Positions 8,593 through 19,508 of a DNA stretch of 62,372 nt are shown piece after piece; within the stretch, counting starts at the first letter, position 1; every line of letters begins with the position of its first letter. The DNA lies in NCBI GenBank assembly GCA_034370465.1, contig JAXMLA010000040.1:1-62372 (forward strand), written 5' to 3'. The notes below the pieces were generated by a model. That model was given only the letters and a program-made list of their open reading frames with translations. It searched no databases and had not been told where the DNA came from. This stretch comes from Desulfuromonadales bacterium (GTDB lineage Bacteria > Desulfobacterota > Desulfuromonadia > Desulfuromonadales > UBA2197). The position numbers and the translations under genes were made by a program.

Positions 8593-9504
8593 TCAACGCA
8601 AAACCAGTACCAGGGCAAAGATCGAAATCATCGTCGTGCCGATCAACAGCTGCGGAATGCGCACCATTTGCAATCGCGCCATCACCGATTCGACGACACC
8701 GATCGCCACGGCAATGAAGAGCATCCCGGCCATGAAGACCACCGCATCGACGCCGGGGTTGCCGCTGTCCCAGGGGAGGATCAGCCGCACCAGGAGGGCG
8801 CCGAGGACGAGCAGCTTGAGGCTGGCGCCGTAAAGGATCATGGCGAAGGCCGGTCCGCTGTGATCGAGGACCATGACTTCGTGAATCATTGTCAACTCCA
8901 GATGGGTATTCGGATCGTCAAAGGGAATCCGGCAATTCTCGACGAGGAGGACGACAAAGAGGGCGATCACCAGTAAGAGCAGGGATGCCCCGGCGCTTTG
9001 CCAGGACGTGACCAGATGTTTGCCCAAAAGATCATTCAGTGAGAAACCGCCGGAGAGCCGGACGAGGACGATCAGGGCAAAGAGGAGGGTCGGTTCGACC
9101 AAACAGGCAAAGGTCACCTCTCGCGCCGCCCCCATCCCTTCAAAGCTCGACCCGGTATCGAGGGCCGAGCTGGCGGTAAAGAAACGGGCTAAAGCAAATA
9201 AGTATACAAAGAGGATGAGATCGCCGTTAAAGGAGAAGGGGGCGGGAATCGCGCCAAAAGGGATCAGCAGCGCCGCCAGCAATGGGACAATGAGGCCGAC
9301 GATCGGTCCGGCGCGAAAGACCCAGGTAGTGGTGCGGCTGATGACAAAGCCCTTCTGCCACAGCCGGTGCAGGTCGTAGTACGGCTGCAGCAGCGGCGGT
9401 CCCTTGCGGCCGGCAAAGAGTGCCTTGGTCCGGGTGATCACGCCGAGGAGGAGCGGCGGGAAGAGGAGCACTATCAGGAGATGGAGGAGGAGTTGCAGGA
9501 GCAT
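8593..9504 (-). CDS. NuoH/HycD/HyfC-like membrane subunit
   Basis: 303 aa and polytopic. ENCRIPFDDPNTHLELTMIHE matches the PFD...E.EL loop of the NuoH/HycD family. Confidence 0.85.
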   Translation of the reverse strand: MLLQLLLHLLIVLLFPPLLLGVITRTKALFAGRKGPPLLQPYYDLHRLWQKGFVISRTTTWVFRAGPIVGLIVPLLAALLIPFGAIPAPFSFNGDLILFVYLFALARFFTASSALDTGSSFEGMGAAREVTFACLVEPTLLFALIVLVRLSGGFSLNDLLGKHLVTSWQSAGASLLLLVIALFVVLLVENCRIPFDDPNTHLELTMIHEVMVLDHSGPAFAMILYGASLKLLVLGALLVRLILPWDSGNPGVDAVVFMAGMLFIAVAIGVVESVMARLQMVRIPQLLIGTTMISIFALVLVLR

Positions 9505-9514
9505 CGTTACCTCG

Positions 9515-11485
9515 CTAGCGCCCGCTGATAATCAGCAAAGCGATTAAAGTCAGGACGACATACAGCAGATAAAGACTGGTGACGCCGTTTTGCAGCCAGG
9601 TGCGCAGCCAGGTCGCCGCTATGGCGAGAACGCGGAAGAGCGGCAACAGCAAACGGTCAAGGACGCTGTCGGGGGTGTGGCTGGAAAAATCTGTCCGGGG
9701 CGGGAAGAGCCCGATTGTTCTGCCGCCATGCTCACTGCTCCACAGCCCGAAACGGAAGAGTTTCACCAAGGCATCGGCAAAAGAAGACGCGGTGTACTGC
9801 ATCCTGGCGGTCGGCCACAGGTAGCCGCAGCCCCAGGTCGGCTGCTGAGCGTCAGCCAGGCAACTGCGGCGGTGCAGCCACCAGCTGAGAAGGCCACTGA
9901 AAAGGATCAGAGCCGTGCCGAGGATACCGATCCAGATCAGGGAGGTCATGCTGGCGCTGATCGCCTCGCCGCCGCTTATCGGTGCCCAGGCCAAAGCGGC
10001 ATCCTTGAGCATGGGGGCGAAGAGCCAGGGGAGGAGGCCAATACTGAGGCAGGCGGCGAGAAGGATGAGCATCGCCGCGCGCATGAGCCGGGTGGCATCG
10101 TGCCCGTTGGCCGCCGCCGGAGTGCGGGGGGCGCCGAGAAAGACGATGCCGAAGACCTTGACGAAACAGGCCAGGGCGAGGCCGCCGATCAGGGCAAGGA
10201 CCGGGGCGACCAGAATCGCCAGACTCAGCGATAAACGCTGATCGATCAGGGCGCGAAAACTCCCCTGATAGATGAACCATTCACTGATAAAACCGTTAAA
10301 GGGGGGGAGACCACAGATGGCGACAGCTCCGCCGAGAAAGAGGGCGGCCGTCCACGGCTGCGAACGGATCAGTCCGCCCATCTGGTCGATCTCGCGGGTG
10401 CCGGTGGCGTGAATCACCGCGCCGGCACTCAAAAAGAGGAGCGATTTAAAGAGGGCATGATTGACAACATGAAGCAGGGCGCCGGCCAGGCCGAGCATTG
10501 CCAACTCCGGCAATCCGGCACTGCGGCCGAGGAGGGCGAGTCCCAGTCCCAGGGCGATGATGCCGATATTCTCGACGCTGTGATAAGCGAGGAGGCGTTT
10601 GAGATCGTGCTGGGCCAGGGCGTAGGCCACGCCGAAGATGCCGGTGATGACTCCAAGGACGATCAGAACCCAGCCCCACCACAGCGGGATCGTCGCAAAG
10701 AGCGAGGTAATTCGCACCAGGCCGTAAATGCCGGTCTTGATCATGATCCCGGAAAGGAGGGCAGAGATATGACTCGGGGCGGCAGCATGGGCACCGGGGA
10801 GCCAGATATGCAGCGGCATGATCCCGGCCTTGAGACCGAAGCCGAAGAGGGCGAGGAGAAAGATCGCCGTGGTGACCGCGCCAGCGGGGAGGGTGCCGGC
10901 AGCGGGGAGGGAGAAGCTGCCGCAACTGAGGTCGAGGAGGGCAAAGAGGGCAAAGAGAGCGAGGGTGCCGGTATGCGTTGCCACCAGATAGATGAAGCCG
11001 GCACGGCGTGTTGCTTCGAGATCATCCTCGGTGGTGATGAGAAAGTAGCTGGCCAGGGCCATGATCTCCCAGGAAAGGAGGAAGAGGATGCCGTTTTGCG
11101 CAGTCAGGACCAGGGCGATGGCGGCGGCGATCAGGCCGTGAAAAAGGCGTAGTTTGCGGCTGTTCTCAGGATGCTGCGTTTGCGGCCAGTAATCCTTGCC
11201 AAAGATAACGCTCATCGCAAAGACGAGAAGGAAAGGGAGGAGAAAGATCAGGGAGATGGCATCGATGCGAATCAGCAGTTCACCGCCGGGGATGTTCCAG
11301 CCGGCGCGCAGCACAGTTTCGCCGGCGTTAGTCGTGCAGAGGAGCAGGCCGATAAAGGTTGTGATCGTCCCGAGCAGCGCCAGGATTTCGGCAAACGCTT
11401 GTCCCCGATCATCCCGGCTCGACATAAACAGGCCGGGAAGACCCGAGAGTGCGATGATGACGATGCCGCTGAGGAAGAAGATCAT
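9515..11485 (-). CDS. NuoL/MrpA/HyfB-like antiporter-type membrane subunit (paralogue 2)
   Basis: 656 aa. IWLPGAHAAAPSHISALLSG, LAYHSVENIGIIALG and ALFKSLLFLSAG are present. Confidence 0.88.
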   Translation of the reverse strand: MIFFLSGIVIIALSGLPGLFMSSRDDRGQAFAEILALLGTITTFIGLLLCTTNAGETVLRAGWNIPGGELLIRIDAISLIFLLPFLLVFAMSVIFGKDYWPQTQHPENSRKLRLFHGLIAAAIALVLTAQNGILFLLSWEIMALASYFLITTEDDLEATRRAGFIYLVATHTGTLALFALFALLDLSCGSFSLPAAGTLPAGAVTTAIFLLALFGFGLKAGIMPLHIWLPGAHAAAPSHISALLSGIMIKTGIYGLVRITSLFATIPLWWGWVLIVLGVITGIFGVAYALAQHDLKRLLAYHSVENIGIIALGLGLALLGRSAGLPELAMLGLAGALLHVVNHALFKSLLFLSAGAVIHATGTREIDQMGGLIRSQPWTAALFLGGAVAICGLPPFNGFISEWFIYQGSFRALIDQRLSLSLAILVAPVLALIGGLALACFVKVFGIVFLGAPRTPAAANGHDATRLMRAAMLILLAACLSIGLLPWLFAPMLKDAALAWAPISGGEAISASMTSLIWIGILGTALILFSGLLSWWLHRRSCLADAQQPTWGCGYLWPTARMQYTASSFADALVKLFRFGLWSSEHGGRTIGLFPPRTDFSSHTPDSVLDRLLLPLFRVLAIAATWLRTWLQNGVTSLYLLYVVLTLIALLIISGR

Positions 11486-11491
11486 AAGGGC

Positions 11492-13486
11492 CTAGAGTCC
11501 TTTGCTCGCAAGAATGCTCCACAGCATGAGTCCGGCACAACAGATGAAGATATAAAGGAGATAGAGATGTTGTTTACCTTGTTGCAGCCAGCGGAGTTGC
11601 ACACAGCGCTCGGCCAGATAGGAGAAGAGGGGTTGGTAGCCGCGCTGGAGAATGACTTCCTGGGAATGCTGGAAAAATTCGACAGTCGCTGGAAAGAGGG
11701 TGCGCGGCCGTTTTTTACTGACCTCCGGTTGCAGCGTTTGCGGCAAAAGATGGTGATGGGCCAAGCCGCTGAAACTCTCGGCTGTATAAGCCATCTGTGC
11801 TGTCGGACGGGGGAAGGCGCATCCCCAGGTCGCAGCGATCGTCGTCGGACGGCGCCGCTGCAGAGCGACCAAAAGGAGGGCGACCATGATGAGAGCGGCG
11901 CAAAGGATCACCCCCCAGAGGCCGATCTGCCCGAGTTGGCTAAAGGTTGCAACCAGCTCCGGGGCCGCGGTCGGCGTCAGTTGGCTGAGAACCGGGGAAA
12001 GGAGATGAAGAGTCAGTTGCGGCAGGAGGCCGATAATCAGGCAGCCAAAGAGGAGGAGGCGCATCGGCCAGAGCATCGTTGTAGACGCATCATACGCCCG
12101 GGCCGCTGCCGGCGAGCGCGCTTCACCGAGGAGGGCAATGCCGATCAAGCGGGTAAAGGTCACCACCGCCAGGGTGCCGACGACGCCGAAGAGCGCCAGC
12201 ACCATGCTCATCCCCAAGGCACTGACGCCGCTCATGGCGACCCCGGCGTGGAGGAGACCAAGATAGATCAACCACTCGCTGACAAAGCCGTTTAAAGGGG
12301 GGAGGGCAGCGAGGGCGACGCTGCCGCCGATGATCAGCAGGCCGGCCTGCGGCATGCGTCGCAGCAACCCCCCCATTTGATCGAGATTGCGGGTGCCGGT
12401 GGCATGGAGCAGGGTGCCGGCCCCGAGAAAGAGGAGTCCCTTGAAGAGGGTGTGATTCCAGAGGTGGAGGAGAGCGCCGGCAAAGGCCAGGGCCGCAACT
12501 ACCGGCAACTGCTGCGCTGTTGCCAGGACACCGAGGCCGATCCCCATAAAGATGATGCCGATATTCTCCACCGTCGAATAAGCCAGGCAGCGTTTCAGAT
12601 CCTTTTGCACCATCGCCATGGCGATACCGTACAGTGCTCCGAGCAGGCCGAGGGCGAGGATGATCGCGCCCCAAAGTGCTGACAGGGGGGGGAGCCAGGT
12701 CATCACCCGCAGGATGCCGTAGATGCCGGTCTTGACCACGACTCCGGACATGACCGCCGAGACATGACTCGGTGCGGCCGGATGGGCATCGGGAAGCCAG
12801 ATATAGAAGGGGAAGAGACCGGCTTTGATGCCGAAACCGACCAGGGCCAGGGAGAAGAGGATCGCCGTGAGTGTCGGCCCGGCCTGAGTCAGCGGGGTGA
12901 AGTCGGCAAAATTAAGGCTTCCGCAATGGCTGCCGGCAAGGAGAAAAAAAGCAAGGATCAGTAACAGGCCAAAATGGGCGACCAGGAGATAAAGCCAGGC
13001 TGCCTGACGGACCTCTGCATGATGATGATCGTAACTCACCAGGAAAAAAGAGGAGATGGTCATGATCTCCCAGGCGGCGATAAAGAGGAGGGCATTGGCC
13101 GCGGTCACTACCAAGGTCAAGGCTGCAACCAGCAAACAGTAAAGGGAGAAATGAGCTCCGAGATTTCGTCTTTTGCTATCTTCGTCGAGATAGGCGACTG
13201 CATAAATGGCGGCAAGGGGCGGGAGGATAGTGACGGGGAGCAGGAAGAAGCCGGTAAGGGGGTCGACTTGCAGGGCGAAGGCGCCGCCGGGGACGAGCCA
13301 GGTGAAGTTGGCGATGAGCGTTTCCTGGTTGAGCAAGACTCGCAGAGCCGTCGTCGCGGTTAATAACGAAGCGACGATGATGGCAGTCAGCGCGGCAGTC
13401 AGGGCAATACGGTGGTGTTTCCCGGCGATCAGGCTGATCAAAGCGCCAATTATCAGGAGTGCCAGGGCCGCCACTAAAAAGCTCAT
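11492..13486 (-). CDS. NuoL/MrpA/HyfB-like antiporter-type membrane subunit (paralogue 1)
   Basis: 664 aa. IWLPDAHPAAPSHVSAVMSG, LAYSTVENIGIIFMG and TLFKGLLFLGAG are present. The start ATG at 13486 overlaps the upstream stop (ATGA). Confidence 0.88.
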   Translation of the reverse strand: MSFLVAALALLIIGALISLIAGKHHRIALTAALTAIIVASLLTATTALRVLLNQETLIANFTWLVPGGAFALQVDPLTGFFLLPVTILPPLAAIYAVAYLDEDSKRRNLGAHFSLYCLLVAALTLVVTAANALLFIAAWEIMTISSFFLVSYDHHHAEVRQAAWLYLLVAHFGLLLILAFFLLAGSHCGSLNFADFTPLTQAGPTLTAILFSLALVGFGIKAGLFPFYIWLPDAHPAAPSHVSAVMSGVVVKTGIYGILRVMTWLPPLSALWGAIILALGLLGALYGIAMAMVQKDLKRCLAYSTVENIGIIFMGIGLGVLATAQQLPVVAALAFAGALLHLWNHTLFKGLLFLGAGTLLHATGTRNLDQMGGLLRRMPQAGLLIIGGSVALAALPPLNGFVSEWLIYLGLLHAGVAMSGVSALGMSMVLALFGVVGTLAVVTFTRLIGIALLGEARSPAAARAYDASTTMLWPMRLLLFGCLIIGLLPQLTLHLLSPVLSQLTPTAAPELVATFSQLGQIGLWGVILCAALIMVALLLVALQRRRPTTIAATWGCAFPRPTAQMAYTAESFSGLAHHHLLPQTLQPEVSKKRPRTLFPATVEFFQHSQEVILQRGYQPLFSYLAERCVQLRWLQQGKQHLYLLYIFICCAGLMLWSILASKGL

Positions 13487-14232
13487 AAGCCGTTATTATC
13501 CTCTTCGGGGGGGAAGTACCCCCAGCGATCGATGGTGAATTCCTCGTAATGCCGGTTGCGCCAGATAAAGTAGCAGAGTCCGGCGACAAAACAACCGGCC
13601 GCCAGGGAAAAGAGCGGATAAATCCCGTAGTAGGTATAACTGACGCCGCCGCTGATCCCGCCGATGACAAATCCCGAAAAGATGACCAGTAGCAGGGCGA
13701 GCTTCCAATATTCGATGCGTTGATAGCGAATCCAGTGCCCGAGCAAAACGCCGATATCCGTCACCATCCCGGTGACGTGGGTTGTGCGCAGAATCAGCCC
13801 GCAGTAACTGCTGGCCATGGCATTCTGCAGTCCGCAAGCCATGGCGGCAACGGGGATGCCGCTGCGGGTATTGTTGTTGATCAGCAGCGTTGCCGCAATG
13901 AAGAGGAGACAGGCTTCGGTCATCATCGCCACCCCGTAGCGGCGTCCCGGTTGAACACGGGTCCCGCCGATGATTAAACCGCTCACGATCGCCCCGAAGA
14001 GAAAACCGATAAAGATCGAAAAGGCTCCCCAGAAATCAGCGCGATTGCTCGAAGAGATATCGATGGCAATCCGCGCGACCGCGCCGGTCATGTGACTGAC
14101 CGGAACGTGATAGATGCCAAGGAGGAGGACATTAACAAAACCGGCCGCAGCCGCGAGCATGGCACCGTAAATAAAGACCCATGGCCGTTCTTTAAAAGTT
14201 TTGTTCTGTTCTTTGTAAGGGATATAGGGCAT
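13483..14232 (-). CDS. DUF1275/YoaK-family membrane protein
   Basis: 249 aa with about 6 TM segments. AAAGFVNVLLLGIYHVPVSHMTGAV, MASSYCGLILRTTHVTGMVTDIG are typical of the YoaK family. Its stop overlaps the start of the next gene. Confidence 0.8.
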   Translation of the reverse strand: MPYIPYKEQNKTFKERPWVFIYGAMLAAAAGFVNVLLLGIYHVPVSHMTGAVARIAIDISSSNRADFWGAFSIFIGFLFGAIVSGLIIGGTRVQPGRRYGVAMMTEACLLFIAATLLINNNTRSGIPVAAMACGLQNAMASSYCGLILRTTHVTGMVTDIGVLLGHWIRYQRIEYWKLALLLVIFSGFVIGGISGGVSYTYYGIYPLFSLAAGCFVAGLCYFIWRNRHYEEFTIDRWGYFPPEEDNNGL

Positions 14233-14238
14233 GTCTTT

Positions 14239-14916
14239 TTATTCGCTCAGGCATTCTTCTTCCGCACGCAATGTTGTCATAATCTCTTCCCGCCCGCCGG
14301 GGGCCGCCAGCACCCGGCGCAGGACCGGTCGTTGCAGAAGAAAATTCAGCCGCGCGTAAAGGTAAAGATGAGCCGGAAGATCCGGCGCCATAATGGTGAA
14401 GAGGGTATCGACCGGCAGATTGTCGAGGGCATGAAAATCGACTTTGTTTTCGAGAAAGCAGAGGGTGACAGTGGCGCGACTGATCGGCAGGATGCCGGGA
14501 TTGCGCAGATGCGGCAGGGCGATGCCGTTGCCGATTCCAGTCGAACAGAGATTTTCTCTGACAATCAAGAGCTTGAGGAGTTTATCGCGATCAATACCGT
14601 CAGCCAGGCGTAAATGCGTGACAGTATCAGCCAGTACCTGATCGCGGGTGCTGCCGCTGATGCGATAAAAGATTCCACCGGCTTCCAGGGCTGCACTCAG
14701 ACTGATTCGGGGCGAGGCGGGAGCTGCCGGAGAGAGGAGGGATTCCGGTTTCGCCCCGACCGGCCGCGAGGTTGTCCACTCCATGAGCTCGGCGCGATTA
14801 AAGCGGTACTGCTCGTGGATGCGGTAGGCCGGGATGACCTCTTTTTGAATCCAGCGGTAGATGGTCTTTTCTGAAACGGAGAGGAGGCGCGCCGCCTCTT
14901 TGACTGAAAGGTTCAT
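14239..14916 (-). CDS. Regulator with an N-terminal MerR/excisionase-type HTH fused to a PTS EIIA(Ntr)/fructose-type (EIIA-2) domain
   Basis: LSVKEAARLLSVSEKTIYRWIQKEVIPAYR is an HTH_17-like motif. GIGNGIALPHLRNPG carries the phosphorylatable His motif of PTS_EIIA_2. The stop lies 6 nt before the DUF1275 start. Confidence 0.85.
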   Translation of the reverse strand: MNLSVKEAARLLSVSEKTIYRWIQKEVIPAYRIHEQYRFNRAELMEWTTSRPVGAKPESLLSPAAPASPRISLSAALEAGGIFYRISGSTRDQVLADTVTHLRLADGIDRDKLLKLLIVRENLCSTGIGNGIALPHLRNPGILPISRATVTLCFLENKVDFHALDNLPVDTLFTIMAPDLPAHLYLYARLNFLLQRPVLRRVLAAPGGREEIMTTLRAEEECLSE

Positions 14917-14925
14917 AATCCTCGC

Positions 14926-14988
14926 CTGTCACATAGTGTCATCTTTGGACATTTGTGGACACTAGCAACTTTTCGTGACAGATGTCAA
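14926..14988 (-). promoter_or_regulatory. Candidate sigma70 promoter (TTGACA-18-TAGTGT on the minus strand) embedded in nested inverted repeats
   Basis: On the plus strand, ctgtcac (14926-32) pairs with gtgacag (14975-81), and tagtgtc (14934-40) pairs with gacacta (14958-64). The minus-strand TTGACA is at 14983-88. The site lies directly upstream of the regulator gene. Confidence 0.4.
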
Positions 14989-15000
14989 TAGGATTAATCT

Positions 15001-17751
<2,751 letters not shown>

Positions 17752-17799
17752 GCTTGCATCCTCCTTTTTCCGACGGTCAAGGTTCAAATCGCCCTCAAT

Positions 17800-17818
17800 C
17801 CCCCTTTGTCAAAGGGGG
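17800..17818. repeat. GC hairpin ccccctttg-tc-aaaggggg (REP-like motif, copy 3) between cydC and ppc
   Basis: Perfect 8-9-bp inverted repeat immediately 3-prime of cydC, with no U-tract. It has the same architecture as 83-105. Confidence 0.5.
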
Positions 17819-17849
17819 AGGCTTAAACTTTACCAAACAAATGTAACCT

Positions 17850-19508
17850 TTATTCCCGATTATCACCGGTTGCGGTCATCCAGATCACCTTGTCCGCCAG
17901 CTGCAGGCAGGCGGGACGGTGGGTGATGATCAGCACCGTCTTACCGGCCAGGCGTGCTGCCAAGCGCGTGACGACCTTTTTCTCGGTGTCGAGATCGAGC
18001 CCTTCGGTCGGCTCATCGAGGATCAGGATAGGCGTGTCCTTGAGCAGTGCCCGGGCCAGAGCGATACGCCGTGCTTCACCGCCGGAGACAGCGCTGCCGC
18101 CTTCGCCGACCCGGGTCTCAAGCCCCTCCGGCAGGCCCGCGACCCAGGCGGTCAGGCAGGCATCGTCCAGGGCCTGCTGCAACTGCGTGTCGCTGGCGTC
18201 GGGATTGGCGAGGAGGAGATTGTCACGCAGGGTGCTGTTAAAGAGATGCGGGCGCTGCGGCACCGCCGCGATCAAGGAGCGCAGATCGTCGCTGGCTAGA
18301 TTCTTCGCTTCAGTGCCGCCGACCGTGATCTCGCCACCATAAGGACGGAAGCGGAAGAGCAGCTCGACGATGCTGCTTTTGCCGCAACCACTTGCGCCGG
18401 CGAGAGCGAGGCGTTCGCCGCTGCGGATGTGGCAGGAGAAGTTTTGCAGCACCGGTCGCGCCGGATCATAGGCAAAGGAGACGTCTTTAAATTCAATCCC
18501 GTAATCGGAAGGGAGGGCGAGCGGTGCTGCCGGTTCCGGGACGGGGAGGGGGGCATCGGCGAGTTCGCGGATGCGCCGGATCGATTCCCGGCAGCCGGGG
18601 AGGAGTTGCAGCGCAATTGGCATCCCGGCTGTTGCTTCGAAGGCGGCAGCGGCAAAGAGGAGGAGCATGACCAGAATCGGACCGGCCAGGGTGCCGCTGC
18701 CGACCGCCGAACCGGCGCCGATCAGGACTCCGCTCAAGCCGAGGCCGGCGCAGAGGACAGCGCCGGCGAGGGTGATGCCGTTGATTTTCGCCAGTTTCTC
18801 CTGCTCGGCGATCAGTTGCGTTGAAAGTTTCTCGACCCGCATTGCCTGCAACTCTACCGCGCCGAGGAGGAGCAATTCTTCCCCGCCCTGCAAGCCTTCG
18901 GTGACCATGCTCCGCAGTTCTCCGGACAGTTCCACCGCCTTGCGTCCTGGTTCGGTCGACAACCGCCCCGCCAACAGCGGGAGGAGGAGACCGGCCGCCA
19001 ATAGCGCCAACAGCAGCGCGATCGCTGCCGCCAGATTCCAGCAGGCCACGAAGAGCGCGGCGAGAATGATGGCGATGATCCCGCTGGTCAGGGGCAGAAC
19101 AATCCTCAGATAAAGGCTCTCCAGCGCATCGATATCGCTGCGCAATCGCCCGGCAACATCGCCGGCGGTATAGGATTCGAGGCCGGCCGGGGCAAGGGGT
19201 TCGAGACGGCGGAAGAACCAGACGCGCAGCAGCGCCAGGACGCGGAAACCGGCTTCGTGCGTCACCAGCCGTTCGCCATAGCGGCCGACAGTGCGCAGGA
19301 TGGCAAAGGCGCGAATCGACGCCGCCGGGATCAGATAGTTGAAGGAGGCGCCGGTGATCGACGCCACGGCCATGGAGGCGATGAACCAGCCGGAGATCGC
19401 CATCAGCAGCGCGTTGGCGATGATCACGGCGATGGTCAGGAGGATGCCGCCGGCCATCCTCAGCCACTGTTCGCGGGCGATGCCGAGGATGCGGATCACT
19501 TCGCGCAT
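17850..19508 (-). CDS. cydC: Thiol-reductant ABC exporter subunit CydC
   Basis: ABC TMD+NBD protein of 552 aa. GASGCGKSS and LSGGEARRIALARALL are present. It is the second gene of a cydD-cydC pair and overlaps the first by 13 nt. Confidence 0.85.
   Translation of the reverse strand: MREVIRILGIAREQWLRMAGGILLTIAVIIANALLMAISGWFIASMAVASITGASFNYLIPAASIRAFAILRTVGRYGERLVTHEAGFRVLALLRVWFFRRLEPLAPAGLESYTAGDVAGRLRSDIDALESLYLRIVLPLTSGIIAIILAALFVACWNLAAAIALLLALLAAGLLLPLLAGRLSTEPGRKAVELSGELRSMVTEGLQGGEELLLLGAVELQAMRVEKLSTQLIAEQEKLAKINGITLAGAVLCAGLGLSGVLIGAGSAVGSGTLAGPILVMLLLFAAAAFEATAGMPIALQLLPGCRESIRRIRELADAPLPVPEPAAPLALPSDYGIEFKDVSFAYDPARPVLQNFSCHIRSGERLALAGASGCGKSSIVELLFRFRPYGGEITVGGTEAKNLASDDLRSLIAAVPQRPHLFNSTLRDNLLLANPDASDTQLQQALDDACLTAWVAGLPEGLETRVGEGGSAVSGGEARRIALARALLKDTPILILDEPTEGLDLDTEKKVVTRLAARLAGKTVLIITHRPACLQLADKVIWMTATGDNRE

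Noticed and set aside
14965-14981. A possible sigma-54 promoter on the minus strand (TGTCAC-N-TTGC) upstream of the regulator gene.
   Set aside because: The -24 element reads GT instead of GG. The GG-to-GC spacing is one nucleotide too long relative to TGGCAC-N5-TTGC.
17752-17787. A TTG-initiated 12-codon extension of ppc.
   Set aside because: The internal ATG at 17751 has a well-spaced consensus AAGGAGG, and the extension has none.
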